64,000 nt of DNA from Octopus vulgaris (Eukaryota), in NCBI GenBank assembly GCA_951406725.2, contig OX597823.1, positions 54,002,001 through 54,066,000 on the forward strand. Reading direction: 5' to 3'. The first letter of the stretch is position 1; every line of letters starts with the position of its first letter. Shown here piece by piece: positions 28,647 through 42,930 of this stretch. A program made the translations under genes and the position numbers. The notes under the pieces were generated by a model. The model ran no database searches. It saw only the letters and a list, made by a program, of their open reading frames with translations, and was not told the origin of the DNA.

Positions 28647-29607
28647 CACATAAATAAGCAATACCTTGAGGCAATGACTGAACCAAACTCGTTGTTGATT
28701 TTGAGGAATTGAATACTTCCAAAAGTTTCACATAAATAGGACCTAATGAAAATATTTCTGATACAAATATTTGCATAAAAATCGACGAAATTAAAATCAT
28801 AGTTTTCTTTACTTTTGAGTACCTGGGTTTCTGTTTAAGTGGTACAATACTTGGTTCTGTGTCAATTCTTGGTTGTAAATCTACAGAAACTTCAGAATAT
28901 TTTCTCGGTGTTTTTAAGCTACTTTTCCTTGAATCAGTATCACTGAGAAAGGACGTTTCAACAGGAAGACCAGCTGAAATAGATAGAGTACTAACAAATC
29001 TAGAAATACTTTCTTTGCGAAGACGAGGAGTAAACACTTTTGACAAACTGAGGGTGCTCATTTTTCTTGATTCTGGTGCTCCAGTAACAGTATTCTTTCT
29101 TTTCTGCAAAGTCTCTGGTATTTTAGCATTGCTAATTTTTGAAGAATTCTTTGAAAATTCTGTGGTATCCATGTAAGTATTACTTCTGCCTGTTTTTTGT
29201 TTGGTTGATTCATTGGTATTTTCTGCTATTTTCTTAAGTGGAGTTACATTAATGATTGCATTTTCAATATTTCTACCAAGAAAGGGAGATCCTCCACTTT
29301 TTGACATTTCAATAGAATCTAACATTTTCATTGAAACATTTTCAATTAGTTTAGAACGCAACAAGTCAGATGGAGACAATGGCTCTGTAAAACTCTGGGA
29401 AGGCAAAGGTATGTTCTGAAGAGATTCATTTTTTTGTTCAGCATTTTCTGATGCCATATTTTTAATTGCTTCTCCATTTTCTTGAACTAAATTGCCTTCT
29501 TCTTTCTTTATCTCTTCTGCAAGTTCTTCATGATATATTTCCTTATCATCAACTTCTGCAATAGTTTCTGGAATATTTAGAACTGGATCTTCAGATACTT
29601 CTCCCAT
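28647..29607 (-). CDS. SLC16/monocarboxylate-transporter-like MFS protein, coding exon 1 (long N-tail, TM1-2)
   Basis: ATG 29607, 320 codons +1 nt, donor GTGAGT at 28646. Ends in MCT-like LGPIYVKLLEVFNSSKSTTSLVQSL. Upstream acceptor tgtttttcag at 29841. Confidence 0.9.
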
Positions 29608-30148
29608 TTTTATTATTTGTATTTTTTCTTCTTTTTTTTTTTTTTTGCAGTATAATTTATTTTTAAATAATCAATAAATAAGTAAATTAAACAATTTAAA
29701 AATAAATTTAAGAATTTTTTGTTTTATTTTACTTTACTTAAGTCTTCAGGAAACAACCACATCTGATTTTCTGTCACAAGAGTTGTATTACATATTCCTT
29801 ACAACTTCTGCTATAAAATATCTTCATACTCTGGAACATCCTGAAAAACAATAGAGAAAAAAGGATTATAACATTATTATTAGCAGCCAGCTGGGGCCAG
29901 AAGATACCAGGCTTACCAAAAGTCTTTTAGCTTTTAAGATAAGGAGATTTTCTAACTAGAATACTGTGAACAATATGTTTTTCAGCCACATAACAGAGAT
30001 TCTGGAATCATCTACATAAATACTTCCCCTTCACTCAATATTTTTGTCTTAAATATCTGACTTAATTGTCTTAGAATTTAGCCATTATTCTACCTAAGCA
30101 ACCAATACTAACTGTTACAAATATCCACCACCCTTTGTATATTCTAAC

Positions 30149-30213
<65 letters not shown>

Positions 30214-30462
30214 CCTTTCTACAATAGGTACAAGACCTGAAATTTGGTGGGGAGGGGACTAATCAGTTACATTGATCCCAGTGTTTCCCTGGTACTTAAT
30301 TTATTGATTCCAAAAGGAGGAAAGGCAAAGTTGAGTTTGGTGGAATTTGAACTCAGAATGTAGGGACAGATGAAATGCCACTAAGCATTTTGCCCAGTGT
30401 CCTAACAGTTCTGCCAGCTTGCTGCCTTAATAATGAAAATAATAACAATAATAATAATGATA

Positions 30463-30518
<56 letters not shown>

Positions 30519-30525
30519 AATAATG

Positions 30526-30578
<53 letters not shown>

Positions 30579-31112
30579 CCCTGATGCAGCACCAGGCACT
30601 GGCTCTCAATCTTAACTTAATTGGAAGAGTTATCATATACATGTTTTGTCTTGTTGTAAAAGATGGGCTACAGCAAATATTCTGCTCAATACCACATATT
30701 TGCTTGTCAGTTGCTTGACCTTAACTAGTTGAGCATGGTCCTTATGTGCATCTCCTATCACAAGCAGAAGTAGTGGGGGAGCATCACAGCCATGTGTTGA
30801 GAGGAATTCTTTGGGGTTTGGATAATTTGCCTTTGGAGACATGGGTGTTTTGTTCAACATCCTTAAATAATCCATATTCAAGGACCTCTTGAGTGGGATG
30901 GACTACTCGATCCAAAGAAAATTCTAACTGGGCCCCACCTGTAAGGTTATGCACTCTTTATCTTGATATGAGATCACTATGCTGCACACATATAGTTGTG
31001 ATGCCTGTGCCTGGTGTACCCTTATCAGATGGGTAGTCATGATGGGTATACTGGGCTTCGTATATTTTACCTCAGTGTCACTTTGATGGCATGCACTGCT
31101 CTCTCACTCAAT
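30579..31112 (+). mobile_element. ~530-bp interspersed element embedded in (AAT)n; second copy inverted at 54186-54696, end fragment at 23808
   Basis: Direct sequence similarity between copies; ends GCACTGCTCTCTCACTCAATAAT. Confidence 0.65.
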
Positions 31113-31530
31113 AATGATAATAGTAATAATAATAATTGGAAAATGAAGGAGGAGGAGGGTGGAGGAGGAGGAGGAGGAGAAGAAGAAAAAGAAGAAGAAG
31201 AAGAAGAAGAAGAAGAAGAAGAAGAAGAAGAAGAAGAAGAAGAAGAAGAAGAAGAAGCTTATTGTTCACAGTGCTCAGAAAAGATAATAGGGATAAAAGA
31301 AAGCAGTAATGTTGAGCAATGTAAGATGACAGTGGTAGCCAAACATGCATGCACAAAACATCAAATAAAACAAAAAATAAAACAAATACAAGAAAATCAG
31401 AGAAGTGAACAGTAAAAGAGCCATAAAAAGGAAATGGTGCACAGAGATGTCAAGAGTAGTGTTAGTAAATTTTGGGACACATGGAATTCATGAAGGATGC
31501 AGTGACCTGAAAGTGAACAGAAATGTAGAT

Positions 31531-31930
31531 AGGCGCAGGAGTGGCTGTGTGGTAAGTAGCTTGTTTACCAACCACATGGTTCCAGGTTCAGTCCTACTGC
31601 ATGGCACCTTATGGCAAGTGTCTTCTACTATAGCCTCAGGCCGACCAAAGCCTTGTGAGTGGATTTGGTAGATGGAAGCTGAAAGAAGCCCGTCATATAT
31701 ATGTATATATGTGTATGTGTGTGTGTGTGTGTTTGTCCCCCCAACATCGGTTGACAACTGATGCTGGTGTGTTTGCATCCCCGTAACTTAGCCGTTCAGC
31801 AAAACAGACCGATAGGATAAGTACTAGGATTACAAAGAATAAGTCCTGGGGTCGATTTGCTCGACTAAAGGTGGTGCTCCAGCATGGCTGCAGTCAAATT
31901 TCTGAAACAAGTAAAAGAGTAAAAGAGAGA
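31531..31930 (+). mobile_element. Near full-length tRNA-derived SINE (partial copies ~260, 915, 2795, 5030, 8185, 8915, 39390, 61495)
   Basis: A box TGGCTGTGTGG, B box GGTTCAGTCC, internal (TG)n, tail GTAAAAGA repeats. Confidence 0.8.
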
Positions 31931-32721
31931 GAGTATAGCTTATTCCATGCCTCAACAATTCTAGGAATGGGAAAATGGGAAAATGTTTCTGAAAGTCATG
32001 GATATTGCGCTGCATTTTGATTTTATAAGCATGTCCATGGACAGTAGAGGTTTTGGATTCAAAAAAGGTAGGCAAAATTTTTATTGGAAAGATGGCAGAA
32101 GTTTTTGTTGGAAAGATGGTCAGCTGCTAGACAGCAAAGCTTTAGTGTGTCAATGCCCAGAGAGCAAAATGTTCAGGATCTAAAATACTATCTAAAAAGG
32201 TTATCTGTTTTAATTTTCTCAGCTGCTTTTCATGGAATTCATTTTCTGGGACAAATCATATCATTAATCCATATGTGGTATCTCATAAAATTAAATGGGT
32301 TTTGTGAGTGTGTGTGTGTGTGTATGTGTGTATGTGTTTTTGGACAATTATTTATTTGTTTATTTTTATATCATTAATCATTGTGTGAGAGATACATAAG
32401 TATCCTTGTATTTAAAAAAAAAAAAACATGAGGTACATCTTGAAAATTATGCATACAGTTAGGGAAACTTAAGGCTCTAACAACATTTTCAGACCCTAGT
32501 ATTGCTATTTTCTGGAACATGCATGAGTAAACACACACACACACTTTTATTAAAGCTGCAAAATCTCTACAGACTGGTACTCAGAGTTTCATGTTCCAAT
32601 TTGTGATCATACTGAATTAAAAAATTGTGATGGTACATGTTATATAATACGGTATGATATGATATGTAATATAATATAATATAATATAATATAATATGAT
32701 ATGATATATGATATAATAATA

Positions 32722-33460
32722 ATAATGAAATTATTGTATGCAGTGCTCAGGTGCTCACACCTTGTCGAAAGTGCATATAAAGCATATGCAGTAATGTACA
32801 AATGTCTGGAAAGCGAACAGTGTATGAGTCAGATACATGCTTGTGTGTGTATGGAGGGGAGAAAATCAGGTGTAGTGTTGGTGTATCTCAGGAAGCATGG
32901 AAGTTTTGAAGGATGCAGTGCTCTGACAACTAACAACTGATGCCGGCAGTTTGTTCCATGCTTCAGCAACTCTTAGCGTGGAAAAAATGTTTCTGAAAGT
33001 CATGGGAGCTGACTTCGTAAACATGTCCACGGGTGTTAGACAGATGGAGTTTGAAAAGGTGCTCAGAGTTATTGTTTGTAAGATGGTTAATAATTTTATG
33101 GGTGTCTACCAAGTCAGCTGCCAGACGTTGGAGTTTCAATGTATCCATGCCCAGGGAAGTAAGGCGTTCAGAATATGGCAAATGCCTGATGGAGGGTATT
33201 CTCTTGGTTGCATGTCACTGAACGGCTTCCAGACGATTAATATCCTAGGCAAGATAGGGGTTCTAGACTGGTGATGCAAATTCCAGGTGAGGTCGCACCA
33301 TAGCTATATAAAGTTGCAGATAGATAGCTGGAGAGTGGCTCACAAAGGACTTGGTAAGTGATGCCAAGACACCCTCAGCCTTCCTGGCAATTTTAGCAAT
33401 GTGTTTTGTCCAATGCAAATCGCTGTTGACAATCATGCCCAGGTCACGTTCACAAGAATA
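32722..33460 (-). mobile_element. CR1/L2-type LINE 3' fragment nested in a palindromic MITE (arms ~32545-32640 and ~33486-33590)
   Basis: PYSERLTSLGMDTLKLQRLAADL...NTRGH is a CR1-like C-terminus; (ATAAT)n tail; inverted flanking arms. Confidence 0.75.
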
Positions 33461-33661
33461 TAATATGATATGATATATTATATTACATGTACCATCATAA
33501 TTTTAATTCAGTACTCATTATAGTTGTACAATGGACAGGAATGTAAAACTCTGAGTAACAGTTTTTGAAGATTCTACAGCTTTAATAAATGCACAATACT
33601 CTACCTTCAGTATTTGAGTACTATTCTTTTCCACCTCGTTTTGCATTTATGTACTTACTTA

Positions 33662-33786
<125 letters not shown>

Positions 33787-34160
33787 TAATATTAAGGTGG
33801 CAAGCTGGCAGAAATGTTTGCATACCGGACAAAATCCTTAGCCGTATTTCATGTGTCTTTACATTCTGAGTTCAAATTTCGACTTTGCCTTTCATCTTTT
33901 CGGGGTCAATAAATTAAGTACCAGTTGATTGACCCCAGTATGCAACTGGGGTCGATCTAATTGACTGGCTCCCTCCCCAAAAATTTTGGGCCTTGGGCCT
34001 TGTGCTTAGAGTAGAAAGGTATATATTATTATTTTGCAATTTACTTAATCATCGGTATATTATTGTTATTTTATTTTTAATATTTCTATTATATGTAATT
34101 TTCTAGATGGTGTAATTTAATTGTTCATTTTGAATTGATAAAAAGTGGTTTTCTCTAATT

Positions 34161-34224
<64 letters not shown>

Positions 34225-34243
34225 TACTTTATTATATAGAAGG

Positions 34244-34294
34244 AGCTTCTACAGGACTAGAACTGTTTCATTCAAGAGAAATCATCAGGAAGCT
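34244..34294 (-). ncRNA. Type I hammerhead ribozyme motif
   Basis: agcttc-CTGATGA-tttctcttgaat-GAAA-cag(ttctagtc)ctg-TA-gaagct: 6-bp stem I, stem III, GUA cleavage triplet. Stem II is short, with a U-U first pair. Confidence 0.65.
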
Positions 34295-34533
34295 AGTTAA
34301 CAAGAATTGTATTTGCATTTATACATTTAGGCAGGTTTAAAGGGGTGGTGGTGGGGGACTTTTTTGGGGGTAGGCATAGCGCAAAAATATCATACTTAGG
34401 GGAGTGGTCAAGGAGTCAGTGGTAAATTAGATAAAAGAATAAATAAAGTAAAATAAAAGAATAAAAAAATAAATAGAAATAGAAGAATAGAGTTTTAGGT
34501 AAATAAGGAGATTCTCACTTATTCATATACACA

Positions 34534-34565
<32 letters not shown>

Positions 34566-34778
34566 CACACATACATATACATACATATATATACATACAC
34601 ACACATATATATATATACATATATATACATATATATACATATATATATACATACATATACATGTACATATACACGCACGCCCACACATACATATACACAC
34701 AAATATATACATACACACACATACACATACACACATACTCACACATATATACATACACACATGCACACACATGTGTCC

Positions 34779-34880
<102 letters not shown>

Positions 34881-35366
34881 GGACACATGTGTGTGCATGT
34901 GTGTATGTATATATGTGTGAGTATGTGTGTATGTGTATGTGTGTGTATGTATATATTTGTGTGTATATGTATGTGTGGGCGTGTGTGTATATGTACATGT
35001 ATATGTATGTATACATATGTATATATATGTATATATATGTATATATATATATATGTGTGTGTGTATGTATATATATGTATGTATATGTATGTGTGTATGT
35101 ATGTGTGTGTGTGTGTGTGTGTATATATACATATGTGTATATGAATAAGTGAGAATCTCCTTATTTACCTAAAACTCTATTCTTCTATTTATTTTTTTAT
35201 TCTTTTATTTTACTTTATTTATTCTTTTATCTAATTTACCACTGACTCCTTGACCACTCCCCTAAGTATGATATTTTTGCGCTATGCCTACCCCCAAAAA
35301 AGTCCCCCACCACCACCCCTTTAAACCTGCCTAAATGTATAAATGCAAATACAATTCTTGTTAACT

Positions 35367-35417
35367 AGCTTACTGATGATTTCTCTTGAATGAAACAGTT
35401 CTAGTCCTGTAGAAGCT
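35367..35417 (+). ncRNA. Type I hammerhead ribozyme motif (second arm, one stem I mismatch)
   Basis: agctta-CTGATGA...GAAA cag...ctg TA gaagct; mirror copy of 34244-34294. Confidence 0.55.
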
Positions 35418-35561
35418 CCTTCTATATAATAAAGTAATTTTACTCTGCTATGTATTGAGTACCTTATTTACTGTGGTTAACCCCGAATCAACCCGGGACC
35501 TACATATATATATATATATATATAGATAGATAGATAGATAGATAGATAGACAGATATACAC

Positions 35562-35593
<32 letters not shown>

Positions 35594-35738
35594 ACACACA
35601 CATATATATAAATGCAGACATGGCTGTGTGGTAAGAAGATTTCTTCCAACCATATGGTCTCAGGTCCAATCCCACTGTCTAGCACTATCTACCAAAGCCT
35701 TATAAGTGGATTTGGGAGAGAGAAACTGAGAGAATCCC

Positions 35739-35787
<49 letters not shown>

Positions 35788-38543
35788 ATGTGTATGTGTG
35801 CATGTGTTTACTACCTCCTCATACTCTTATACAAACATCCACTCTCTCCTCCCCTCCCATGATCTACTGTCCTTATCCTCTCCAATGTTCTAGTCGCTTG
35901 TTCCTTGAGAATTTGCTCTTACACACCATTACAGCCTTCCTCTTATCTCCTTCAGCTATATCTCTCCTCTATAGCAAGACACCTGTGCTTGTCCCTCTTT
36001 CATATCTTAGCCTTCCAACACCAGGAATACAGCCACTCACCTCCATCTTCCCCTCCCAAATACTTCTTGTTAGTAGTGGGAGCTTTTTCTTGTTTTTCCT
36101 TCTCTTTCTCTGTTCTTTACTGTCATGCAAATTACAGGGCAACCTCACTGGTTGAGCAATGATACCTGATCATGTCACTTTATGGTGCAAAACTATTAGG
36201 AGCCTAAAGGGGACAATCTGTTTCATATTCTGTTGTGTCTGGGGAGAGTGATTTTCTTTTTGTGCCTTATAATGTAACACACTCACCGGTAAAATTTCCA
36301 CTTGTTTCTTATTTTTATTTTCCTAAAATTTTTGTTGCATCTTGCGACCTTTTCAATAGTCTTGACTCTGTCTGTTATTTACATCGCATTCCTTTTTGCT
36401 TGTTTGTGTGTATATGTGTGAGCCAGTGTGTGTGTGTGTGTGTGTATCTATGCATGCATGCATGTTTCATATTACTTTATCTCTAGCACTTCTCTCTCTC
36501 CTGCTTTCTCTCTCTTCTCAGCTTCTCAGATTGTATTTGTGTGTGTGTGTGCACATGTGTATGTATGTGTGCGTCACCAAGTAACTTGCAAGTAGGAAAA
36601 GTAAAAGAAAAAGAAAAGGGTCTTCAACTAAGTAGGTAGGGGTAGTTTTTGAGAGGAGGAGATGGCTCTATGCCAGGTGTTGAGAGGCTAAAGTATGACT
36701 GAGAGACAAGTACAGAGATCTGGCTGTAGAGAAAATACTTGCCTAAACTGCATTATATAAGAGAGAATAGGAGTAGCAGTTTAGAAGATATTGTTTATTG
36801 TAATTATTTAAGGCATGAGACAAGAGTTTAATACCAACTACATAAATGGAATTCATTATAATAAACACTTAACTTTCATAGTTGAAGCTGATGAAGAATT
36901 AGAGAAGAAATTCGAAAAGCAGAAGTAAAACTTAGAATGAAAAGGTCTTAAAGTAAATCTCACAAAGCAAAAGTTTTAGTTATCCGGAAGTAAAACAGGA
37001 CACACGTGCCATCTAGGAAGTGAGAATGCTTGATGTCCCAACAAAAAGTAAGTTGCAATTTTATAGTATCATCATCATCATCATCATCATCATTTAAAAT
37101 CCGTTTTCTATGTGGCATGGGTTGGACAGTTTGACAAGAGTTGGCAAGCCAAGGAGCTGTTTCAGGCTCTGGTCATCTGTTTTGGCAAGGCTTCTATGTT
37201 TGGATGCCCTTCCAAACATCAACCACTGTACAGGGTGTATTAAATAAATAAATGCGACCTTTTTAAAGCCTAGCCAGGTTCATGGGCCCGGTTTCCCGGT
37301 GTATGTGTTCCCCAGCTGGACGGGACACCAGTCTATTGCAGTGTTACTCATTTTTGCCAGCTGAGTGGACTGGAGCAACGTAAAATGAAGTGTTTTGCTC
37401 AAGAACACAACACATCGCCCGGTCCAGGTATCGAAACCACAATCTTACGATCATGGTGCTGACACCCCAACAACTAAGCCATGCACCGCCACTAAATAAA
37501 TGTGCCCTTTTAAAGCCTAGCCAGGCTCACGGGCCTGGTTTCCCAGTTTCAATAGCATATGTGTTCCCAAGCTGGATGGGACGCCACTCCATCGCAGGGT
37601 TACTCATTTTTGCCAGCTGAGTGGACTGGAGCAATGTGAAATGAAGTGCTTTGCTCAAGAACACAACGCATCACCTGGTCCAGGAATCAAACCACAATCT
37701 TACGATCATGATGCTGACACCCTAACCACTAAGCCACTCGCCTCCTCTACAGGGTGTATTAGGTGCGTTTTATATGGCACCAGCATGGGTGTTTTAAATT
37801 CACAAGGGGGTCGCAGAAAGACTTATAGAGAAGGATGTTATATGTAGCAGAAGTAGTGAGCCACAACAGCACCTCATTATCATTATCATCCTCATCATTG
37901 TTCTAATGTCCCCTTTTTCATACTTGCATGGACTGGATGGGATTTCTTGAGGTGGATTTTCTATGGCCAGATGTCCTTCCTACTCTCACCTATTTCCAAG
38001 TAAGGTAATATTTACTCATGGCTAAACATATTTCCACAGAAGATTGGAAACAAAAGAGACTGTTCATATGACAGTGGCACTCATTTTCTACTATCATGTA
38101 ATGCCAAGGCAAGGACAGTAAAACACACACACATGCACAGACACATACACATGTGCATGCACACACACACACAACACATACACACACAATCACACAACAT
38201 ACCCACATACACATGTACATAGATACACATCCACATACACACACACATAAAGATAAATATGGCTGGCGTATGGGTTACCCCAGGGTTTCAAGTCCATAAA
38301 GCACTTAAGTTTACAGCATTTTTTCAAACCAAAAACCTGTTGGCCTAGAGACCATGTGCTTGAGAGGTCATAGGCCAATGGGTTTAAGTCTGAAGAAACA
38401 CTATAAAGCTAAGTGCTATATGGACATGAAGCCCAGGGTAACCCCACAAACTGGCCACATCTGTCTTTCTCTAAATACTCTACTGCTCTATATCTTGGAG
38501 TGTGCTTCTTTTTCAGATTTATGATCGACTGATGATCTACTGA

Positions 38544-38623
<80 letters not shown>

Positions 38624-39036
38624 TCATATATATTAAGTATTTTTTCCCTAAATTCATTATGCCACAAATATAGCAAAGAGAAAGAAGGTAATTATTTTGG
38701 TCTCTAGTACTGATGAAAGATTTGCTTGAAAATTATAATGGTGTGTCCTGTATGTTGGAAATCTATATGGTAGTATGCATCCGAGGAGACCAGTTTATTT
38801 TAAATTGATGTAATGTTTTCATTGATCGATTAAATGGAGCTGCTTGAAACGGCCGTAATGCACTGATACCTGGATATCCTTGTTACTTATTTGCTTTGTA
38901 TTCACCTTTTTATTCAAGCTGTGTGGACCATACTGGACTGACTTGGTGCCTCAACTTAAGTGCCTAATTCAACTATATATACATACACACACACACACAC
39001 ACACATACACACACACACAAACACACATATATATAT

Positions 39037-39067
<31 letters not shown>

Positions 39068-39623
39068 CATACACACAATCACACACACACTTAAACATAT
39101 GAAAATACATCTTTTTTATTTGGTTTGTTATATAAATAAATATCTCACAGTAATCAGACTTTTCATTGATTTAGTTTATTAATGCCTACAGCCTGCCTTA
39201 TACCCTAAGTTTTTCCTTGCAGCACATCTCTTTCAAAATAGAAATTAAACTTGATTATCTAAAGCCAAATAACCTAATATAGACTATCATATAAGTATGA
39301 TGTTATAATTAGAGTTTTATAAAAGAGATGTCCAAGATGGTGAATAGGCCATCTTTCAATGCACTATCACATTAATTTGATATCTTTTATCTTTTATTGG
39401 TTTCAGTCACTGGACTGCAGCCATTCTGGGGAACACAAATTGAAGGGTTTAGTTGTACAAATCAATCCCAGTAATTATTTTTTAAGCTTGATACTTATTC
39501 TATCAGTCTCTTTTGGCAAACCACTAAGTTACAGGCATGTATATTAACCAGCATCTATTGTCAAGCATTGGGGAGGGGGCAAACACAACACAAAGACACA
39601 CATGCACACAGATAGATACATAA

Positions 39624-39658
<35 letters not shown>

Positions 39659-40516
39659 TACATACACACGGCACCCACAAACACACACACACCACAAGTT
39701 TCTTTCAGTTTCCATCTGCCAAATCCATTTACAAGGCTTTACTAGGCTTGGGGCTATAGTAGAAGACCTTTGCCTTTGGTGTCACACAGATCTCCCTTCT
39801 TTTATTTTTTTCAGGCAGTATAAAGAGCACCTCAATAATTTATCATTAAAATCTGTTTTTGGCAGCAAAGAAATATAATATAGTTGTTTTATTATGTTTT
39901 TTTTTGTTTTTTAATGCTGTCTACCCATCTCCACCCCACACCACATTTGTCTTTTAATGCCTCTAAATGTAATTCTGTACTATTCAGTTCTTTCTAAAAC
40001 ATTCCAACATAGTTCACCTTGAATTTATGTTTTAGCTTTGTTCATTTGCAGGAACAGTTATTTATCAGTTCAAGCCTTCTGCTACTGTGTATTTCTGTTG
40101 AAATACTATTCTACCTTTGTTTCCATAAATTTTGAAAATAATGAAGAATTTAATAAAATAATTTCAACATAATTGAACTGATGTTTAGAATATAATTAAC
40201 ATGAAATTTTGATAGATTTCAATTTAGATCCCTTTTAAAATAGGGAGTTTGTATCATTGGACCAATGGCAGTCTCAGGTAGAATGGTATCAAAAGGGTTG
40301 AATAATCCTTTCTACTATGGGCACAAGGCCCCAAATTTTGCTTCACTGGTACTTTTTTCATCGACCTTGAAAGGATGAAAGGCAAAGTGAACCTAGGAAG
40401 GATTTGAACTCAGAACATAAAAGCGAATGGAATGCCACTAAATATTTTGTCCAATGTGCTAACGATTATGCTAGCTTGCTACCTTAAAGGAGCTAAATAA
40501 TATTTGGAAGTCTTAC

Positions 40517-40615
40517 CTCTGTTTGTTGCAAGGTGTGTCTTCTTTCTCCAGAACTGATTTATTCCTTATGGTGGCCAGAAAGATTTATCTCTGAATGAGA
40601 GACTGCCAACACAAC
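40517..40615 (-). other. Candidate 5'-UTR exon of the SLC16-like gene
   Basis: Non-repetitive stretch bounded by tttctctag and CAGAG|GTAAGA on the minus strand; alternative acceptor near 40693. No transcript evidence. Confidence 0.35.
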
Positions 40616-40855
40616 CTAGAGAAATTCCCACCTGTTTTCAACTAGATAAAGCATTATACATTATCAGAAAATTAACAAAATAGTATTTTCACCTGAAAAT
40701 TATAATTAAGTGATATGTGTGTATGCATAGCTTAAAGTAGATATCAAAATAAATTACGTTTTGAATAGAAAAGTGAAATGTGCACATGCATGTGATTAAG
40801 TATTAATTTATTTACATGTTTATATATATATATGCATATATGTGTATGTCTGTGC

Positions 40856-40905
<50 letters not shown>

Positions 40906-41754
40906 GCAAAATGCCCCCATCCAATGGACGGTGCTGAGTTGTCAAACATTTAAACCAAATTTTCTCAAAACAACTTGTCTGACCATCCCATAGGCCTCCC
41001 CTTTGAGAAACACTGATTTAGCCTAAATTTGAGACACCAGCAAAAAAAGAAATAAAAATAGCTTTTTTTTCTATTCCAAAGAAAAACGATTTTATTCATA
41101 CAAATATGCAACCGAAGAGTTTAAAGTACCAGTAATGATAAGGCTATTGACTGGGAGAACACAAACATTGTTTAAACAGTAAACTTGGCAGGAAAGAAAC
41201 GTGTTTTCTTTTCATTAAAAAACAATTAAGCATGCCTTTATTTCAATAAAATTTTTGGTTTTGTTAAACGAAGTTAAAGCAAAAAAAAAAAAAACTTCTT
41301 GAGAAACCAAATAGTCTTTCCTTCCTTCATGCCAAGTTTGAAGAAAATATCTCTTTCGCATCTTACTTTTTTGGTCTTTTAAATATACTGCACTTTGTGG
41401 CATTATTTCAAGCCAGCTGGCTTTTTTTTTGCGCAAACTGCACATGCATTTTTCACATGTACGCATAGTATCGATTGCAACAGCTGATGTACTTGCATGT
41501 ACAAATGCATGTTCCCACAGCTTTATCAATCGCATTCTCACCTGGAATCAATTTTTGTAATTTTTCCAAGACTTATACATGCCCTGATACCGTCGGTATC
41601 TATATATTAAATTTGAGAGCGCAATCAGATGGAGGATGCCTGAGATCCTAGAAGACTCACACATAGACAGACAGAATGGATTTTATATAATATATATATA
41701 TATGTATGTATATATATATAAAGACAGACAGATAGATATACATATACATGCATA

Positions 41755-42519
41755 CAGGGAATGGTGAATAAACTGTCATCTAAATTACGCAAAAATGAAA
41801 ATAACACTGACATCTCATTTTAACAGTCATATTTACCAAAATTACATTAAAAAATCTTGAGATACTAAAGAGTAGATTTATTCAATAAAATTGCCATTGG
41901 CTTTAACCACAGTCTCCAGATATCTTTGGAACCTTCTGCAACTCTTCTGAATGGCCTCCTTGTTTAAGTTGGTGAATGCTGCCATAATTGTTGGTCTCTC
42001 ACTCAACTGTGTCCCACATAATTGTCTGACTGTCATGACTGGATTCTTCTGCTTGTGTAGCATGGTACAGATTCCTGTTGGCAAACATAGGGTCTTCCAG
42101 CAGCCACCCTGTTGACCCAGGGCAGCACTACCTCCACTAGGCACAATGTCAGCCTCCATGTTGAATTTGAGGTCATGTGGGAAGATGAATAGAAGCATAA
42201 CATTGCCATCACTAGTAATCACTCCAAACACCATGATGTTGACTGGATGTTTGATTTTTATCACTCTCAGCACATGTTCGTATTGATACATGTTCATAAT
42301 AGAACTTCTGGCACTTTGTATTGGAACTGCCAGCACAAATGCCAAGCAGTACAGCAGGTCATTTCCAAATTTCTGGCAGAGTGAATTGCATCATGATGCT
42401 GTTTTTGTCACAGATGGTGCCTAACTGACACTACTATACTGTGTAGCCGACAAAATCAAAAACAAGCAATGTATGAAATTAAAAATTTTAAATGGTGACA
42501 ATTTACCAATTGCACCCTG
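41755..42519 (-). mobile_element. Internally deleted Tc1/mariner (DD37D/maT-like) element
   Basis: CAGGG TIRs with TA TSD; transposase relic KHPVNIMVFGVITSDG. Confidence 0.8.
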
Positions 42520-42545
42520 TATATATATATATATATATATATATA

Positions 42546-42930
42546 CTAGCAGTATCGCCCGGCGTTGCTCAGGTTTGTAAGGGAAATAACTATAAAGCAT
42601 TTTTAGAGAGTTATAGCCAAAAAATAGCAAAAAAATGGAAAAAAATGATGGTAAATTTTTTTTGAGAGTTAAAAAAGGATGGAGTTGCGTCCCCTAGACA
42701 GTTTGTGGTTCGTGTTTCTGATTCTCGACCCCATGTCGAATTTATCGATTTTTTTCAGAACTGGGGAAACTTTTCAAAATTTTGGCTGCGTTAGTTTTGA
42801 ATTATGACATTGGGCTATGTGTGTGTCAAGTTTCATCAGAATCGGTTGAAAGCCGTGGTCAGGGTGAGGGTACAAGCAAACAGACACACAGAAACACGCA
42901 CAGACAAACTGCCGTTTATATATAGAGAGA
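42546..42930 (-). mobile_element. Non-autonomous Helitron (same 3' end, different 5' end)
   Basis: Shares the CTAG/hairpin terminus with the 3247 copy; TC start on the minus strand. Confidence 0.75.

Noticed and set aside
31014-31415. Poly-E/poly-G ORF
   Set aside because: Built from (GAA)n/(GGA)n repeats plus a repeat element.
40900-41590. Cys-containing ORF relic (RTCEKC)
   Set aside because: Probably a DNA-transposon remnant, but too degraded to classify.
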